Source of the DNA: Faecalibaculum rodentium
GTDB taxonomy: Bacteria; Bacillota_I; Bacilli_A; Erysipelotrichales; Erysipelotrichaceae
Direction: 5' to 3'
Assembly: GCF_001564455.1 (NCBI RefSeq)
Contig: NZ_CP011391.1
Span: forward strand, 540,001 to 572,000
Length of the DNA: 32,000 nt
Within the stretch, counting starts at the first letter, position 1. Each line of letters begins with the position of its first letter. Both the position numbers and the translations under genes were made by a program. This document shows, piece after piece, positions 29,585 through 32,000 of this stretch. The notes beneath the pieces were generated by a model. That model searched no databases and was not told the origin of the DNA. It saw only the letters and a program-made list of their open reading frames with translations.

Positions 29585-32000
29585 CTAAATTGTCGTCTTG
29601 CATTTTCTGTTCTTCGAGAACACATAGCCAAAAATGCCAAAAATGATGGCTGCTCCAATAAGTTTAATTGTCCAATTAGAGCCAGTTTCCGGGAGTTTTC
29701 CTGAAGTGTAATTGATCACAGTAATGGCGATGATGGTTGTCCCGTTTCCATCCTCCAGATGAATTGATCCATCGATATTGGCAACCGTATATTTGACACC
29801 GTCAACATAAAAGTTGAATGTACCTTCTGCCGGTGTAGCTTCAGCTCGCAGTTCGTAAACATGCGCGTCCCCGTTTTTATCAACCGGGATTCGGTACCCC
29901 GCAGGGGCCTTGGTCTCTGTAAAATAGTAGGTTTTCCGGTCTTCCAACTTCTCAAAAACAAGAACACCAGTTTCATTTGTTGTTAGAGTTTCAATCGCCT
30001 TTGTACAGTCCTCGTCTTCATAGATCGTGAATTCGGCTCCTGGCAAGATCTTGTCATGCTCATTGATTTTGATCAGTTTCAGGTCGTATTCCTTGACCTC
30101 TTCGTTGACTTTAAGGCCGTACTCAGGGGATCTATTTTTCCCAGCGGACCACTCCATATTCTTGTCAGTCAGATCCGTGATCATTGTGATGCCTGTCTCA
30201 GTAACTTTAAAAACGACTTCGTGGGGGTTTTCAACATAGCCAGCACTGGCTGTTTTTTCCAGAATTTTGTGCTCGCCGAGAGCTAGACCGACCAGCTTAA
30301 TCTGGCCATTCTCATCTGTCGTAAGATCCTCGGTAGATCCATCCGGCTTAGTGTGAGTATAAATTGTTCCGCCAACAGGGACTGTAGTTCCAATCTGCAC
30401 TTTGGTAAGAATCAGCTCATTAACTACGTCAGGTACTTTCGGAGCGTTATAAGTTTTTACATCTTCTGCTTGTCCAGAAGCCGTGATTGTACGAACAAAA
30501 CGCTCATTATTAATGTAATAACCCTGCGGGGCCTTGGTTTCCTGAATGGTCACTGTGCCCAACGGTAATACAACAATGCCTTTAGAGTTTTTATAGAAAG
30601 CATCACCGGAGACTTTGTGGGCATCATCAAGATATGTAAATCCGTCACTATCTGTACGAATTACCCACGTTCTAGTGGCAGTTCCATCAATGTTCGGATT
30701 GATACCTGCAAAGAATTTAACAGTAAATTCCGCTCCTTCCAGAGTAGCGGATCCTTGCGGTTTGCCTTGGTCAGTCTGACTGTCCACTTTCTGTAGCAGG
30801 ATTTCAATAGGATCAGACTGCGGATTGTCCTTAGCGTAAACATGATGCATATTAACATATCCTGCAGGATGCGTTTCAGCTGGACCAATCGTGACTTTGT
30901 ACTCGGTAGGATCCAAAGCGTATCCTTTTCCGGCTGTTGTCTCCTTGTAGGTGTAATCACCGAATGGCAGCTCGATAATATTTGACCAGTTATCTTTGCT
31001 GTTGTCGGGAATTGTAAGCTTTCCTACAGCCTTTTTATTCTTGTCGTATACCGTATATTCCGTACCAGTGAAGTCGTAGCAATTATTCCCATCTGTGATA
31101 GTCGTATTACTTGACTGCTTTTGTAAGGACAGATGGCCTTTCTGTTCCTCATATACGCCATAAGCCAGCGGCTGATAGGGAGTGGTGATCCCCTGCCAGT
31201 TCATTCCTGAGCCGCTCGTCGGAGCAATATAAGCCACAAAGTCAGAAGGTGGAGACGGCCAGCTCTGCAGCTGATTCCAAATAGATGAAACATAGTCTCT
31301 CCAAATCCAGCCCCCACCGATGTTGGCAGATATGCATGTGCCCGTATTTGCCATTGACACCAAGTCGTTAGTGAAGATTACCTGCTGCTCTTTCGAGTAG
31401 TTTGTTAATTTGTTTTGGGGCCCGTTGTAGCCATAATATAAAGCCTTACGGAGGTTCTCATTGTTCTGCTTAACAGGAGTTCCGAAAGTAGTTCCTGCAG
31501 GAGGAGGGGACTGCATACCGTTAGCGCAAAAAGCGAGCTGACTGCCGTGGTTAGGAGTTGCTATATCCCAGGTGCCCCCATCCATGTATCCGCCACCGCC
31601 ATAATACCAATAGTGAATCGTAAGATTTGTTACGGTTCCTCCTGCACTTCTCTGCATATTGATATAGGGTTCTGATTCATAATCCAGACGAACATTCGGG
31701 TCAAGAATCAACATTCCATTCCACGAAGTTCCATAAATGCCGTAATTCTGTAAAAACTCTTCCGTCAAGAAATAGTCACTATCCACGACCTCCTGAAGAT
31801 CGTATTCTTCTACTTTTTTCTTTCGAAGTTCAAGGGCGCTTGTATAATCGCCCTTTTGGTATTGAGTAATGGCTTTCTCTTCTTCGGGAGTGAGCTGGAA
31901 CTGGCGCTCGAGTTTAGATTGAGTCACTGTTTCCATCACGGCATCTTCCTCTTCAACTGGGGAGCCTGATGTAACTTGAGCCGTTTCTTCAGTTTCCGGG
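29585..32000 (-). CDS. LPXTG tip-adhesin-like surface protein, 5'-partial (runs off the right edge)
   Basis: The frame is open to the window edge (PETEETAQVTSGSPVEEEDAV precedes the track start, which is a GTG). No signal peptide lies within the window. Repeated Cna-B-like modules (YTYKETTAGKGY, VTIQETKAPQGY, YYFTETKAPAGY). LPETGS sorting signal. The N-terminal region has AFCANG...YYGYNGP...EQQVIF, which may be a thioester domain. Confidence 0.8.
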   Translation of the reverse strand, partial: PETEETAQVTSGSPVEEEDAVMETVTQSKLERQFQLTPEEEKAITQYQKGDYTSALELRKKKVEEYDLQEVVDSDYFLTEEFLQNYGIYGTSWNGMLILDPNVRLDYESEPYINMQRSAGGTVTNLTIHYWYYGGGGYMDGGTWDIATPNHGSQLAFCANGMQSPPPAGTTFGTPVKQNNENLRKALYYGYNGPQNKLTNYSKEQQVIFTNDLVSMANTGTCISANIGGGWIWRDYVSSIWNQLQSWPSPPSDFVAYIAPTSGSGMNWQGITTPYQPLAYGVYEEQKGHLSLQKQSSNTTITDGNNCYDFTGTEYTVYDKNKKAVGKLTIPDNSKDNWSNIIELPFGDYTYKETTAGKGYALDPTEYKVTIGPAETHPAGYVNMHHVYAKDNPQSDPIEILLQKVDSQTDQGKPQGSATLEGAEFTVKFFAGINPNIDGTATRTWVIRTDSDGFTYLDDAHKVSGDAFYKNSKGIVVLPLGTVTIQETKAPQGYYINNERFVRTITASGQAEDVKTYNAPKVPDVVNELILTKVQIGTTVPVGGTIYTHTKPDGSTEDLTTDENGQIKLVGLALGEHKILEKTASAGYVENPHEVVFKVTETGITMITDLTDKNMEWSAGKNRSPEYGLKVNEEVKEYDLKLIKINEHDKILPGAEFTIYEDEDCTKAIETLTTNETGVLVFEKLEDRKTYYFTETKAPAGYRIPVDKNGDAHVYELRAEATPAEGTFNFYVDGVKYTVANIDGSIHLEDGNGTTIIAITVINYTSGKLPETGSNWTIKLIGAAIIFGIFGYVFSKNRKCKTTI

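Noticed and set aside
1-32000. CRISPR arrays, rRNA genes and tRNA genes
   Set aside because: I found no regularly spaced direct repeats and no rRNA- or tRNA-like conserved blocks on either strand.

Overview
Nearly all coding in this window is on the minus strand. It reads as the distal part of a Gram-positive (Firmicutes/Clostridia-type) integrative conjugative element. That taxonomic call is inferred from gene content only.

From right to left the window holds:
- A sortase-dependent pilus operon (25864..32000): an LPXTG tip adhesin that runs off the right edge, an LPXTG major pilin, a class C sortase and a basal pilin-like protein.
- A type IV secretion module (13113..25786): PcfB-like protein, VirD4-type coupling protein, Maff2-like small membrane protein, VirB6-like protein, PrgI/VirB3-like protein, VirB4 ATPase and a CHAP/lysozyme cell-wall hydrolase, plus several membrane or unknown proteins.
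- A cassette of small acidic unknown proteins (11836..13109).
- A ToxN/AbiQ-like locus (7572..11744).
- ArdC-like and DUF3991/Toprim-like genes (5408..7557).
- A mosaic left arm (1..5400): HTH and AP2 regulators, a small serine resolvase, a truncated HD-domain gene fused to an IS1182-type transposase remnant, three unannotated mini-ORFs, and a large serine recombinase next to the probable element boundary.

The most interesting region is 7572..11744. A ToxN/AbiQ-like toxin gene has the type III toxin-antitoxin layout of promoter, noncoding leader, terminator and toxin. Two IS elements have hit it, and I could delimit both by inverted repeats and 8-bp target duplications:
- An ISL3-family copy sits exactly in the terminator T-tract, between the leader and the toxin ribosome-binding site.
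- An IS1595-family copy sits in the toxin 3' end.

Removing the IS1595 copy in silico puts the ToxN-like ORF in frame with the ArdC-like gene, with no stop codon between them.

A second hidden layer lies at 1506..2330, where the ORF track shows nothing credible. Three mini-ORFs encode 28-38 aa hydrophobic peptides, each with a ribosome-binding site and terminator. One resembles Fst/PepA1 type I toxins and has a convergent candidate antisense RNA.

I found no rRNA, tRNA or CRISPR array. All family assignments come from reading motifs by eye, with no database search.
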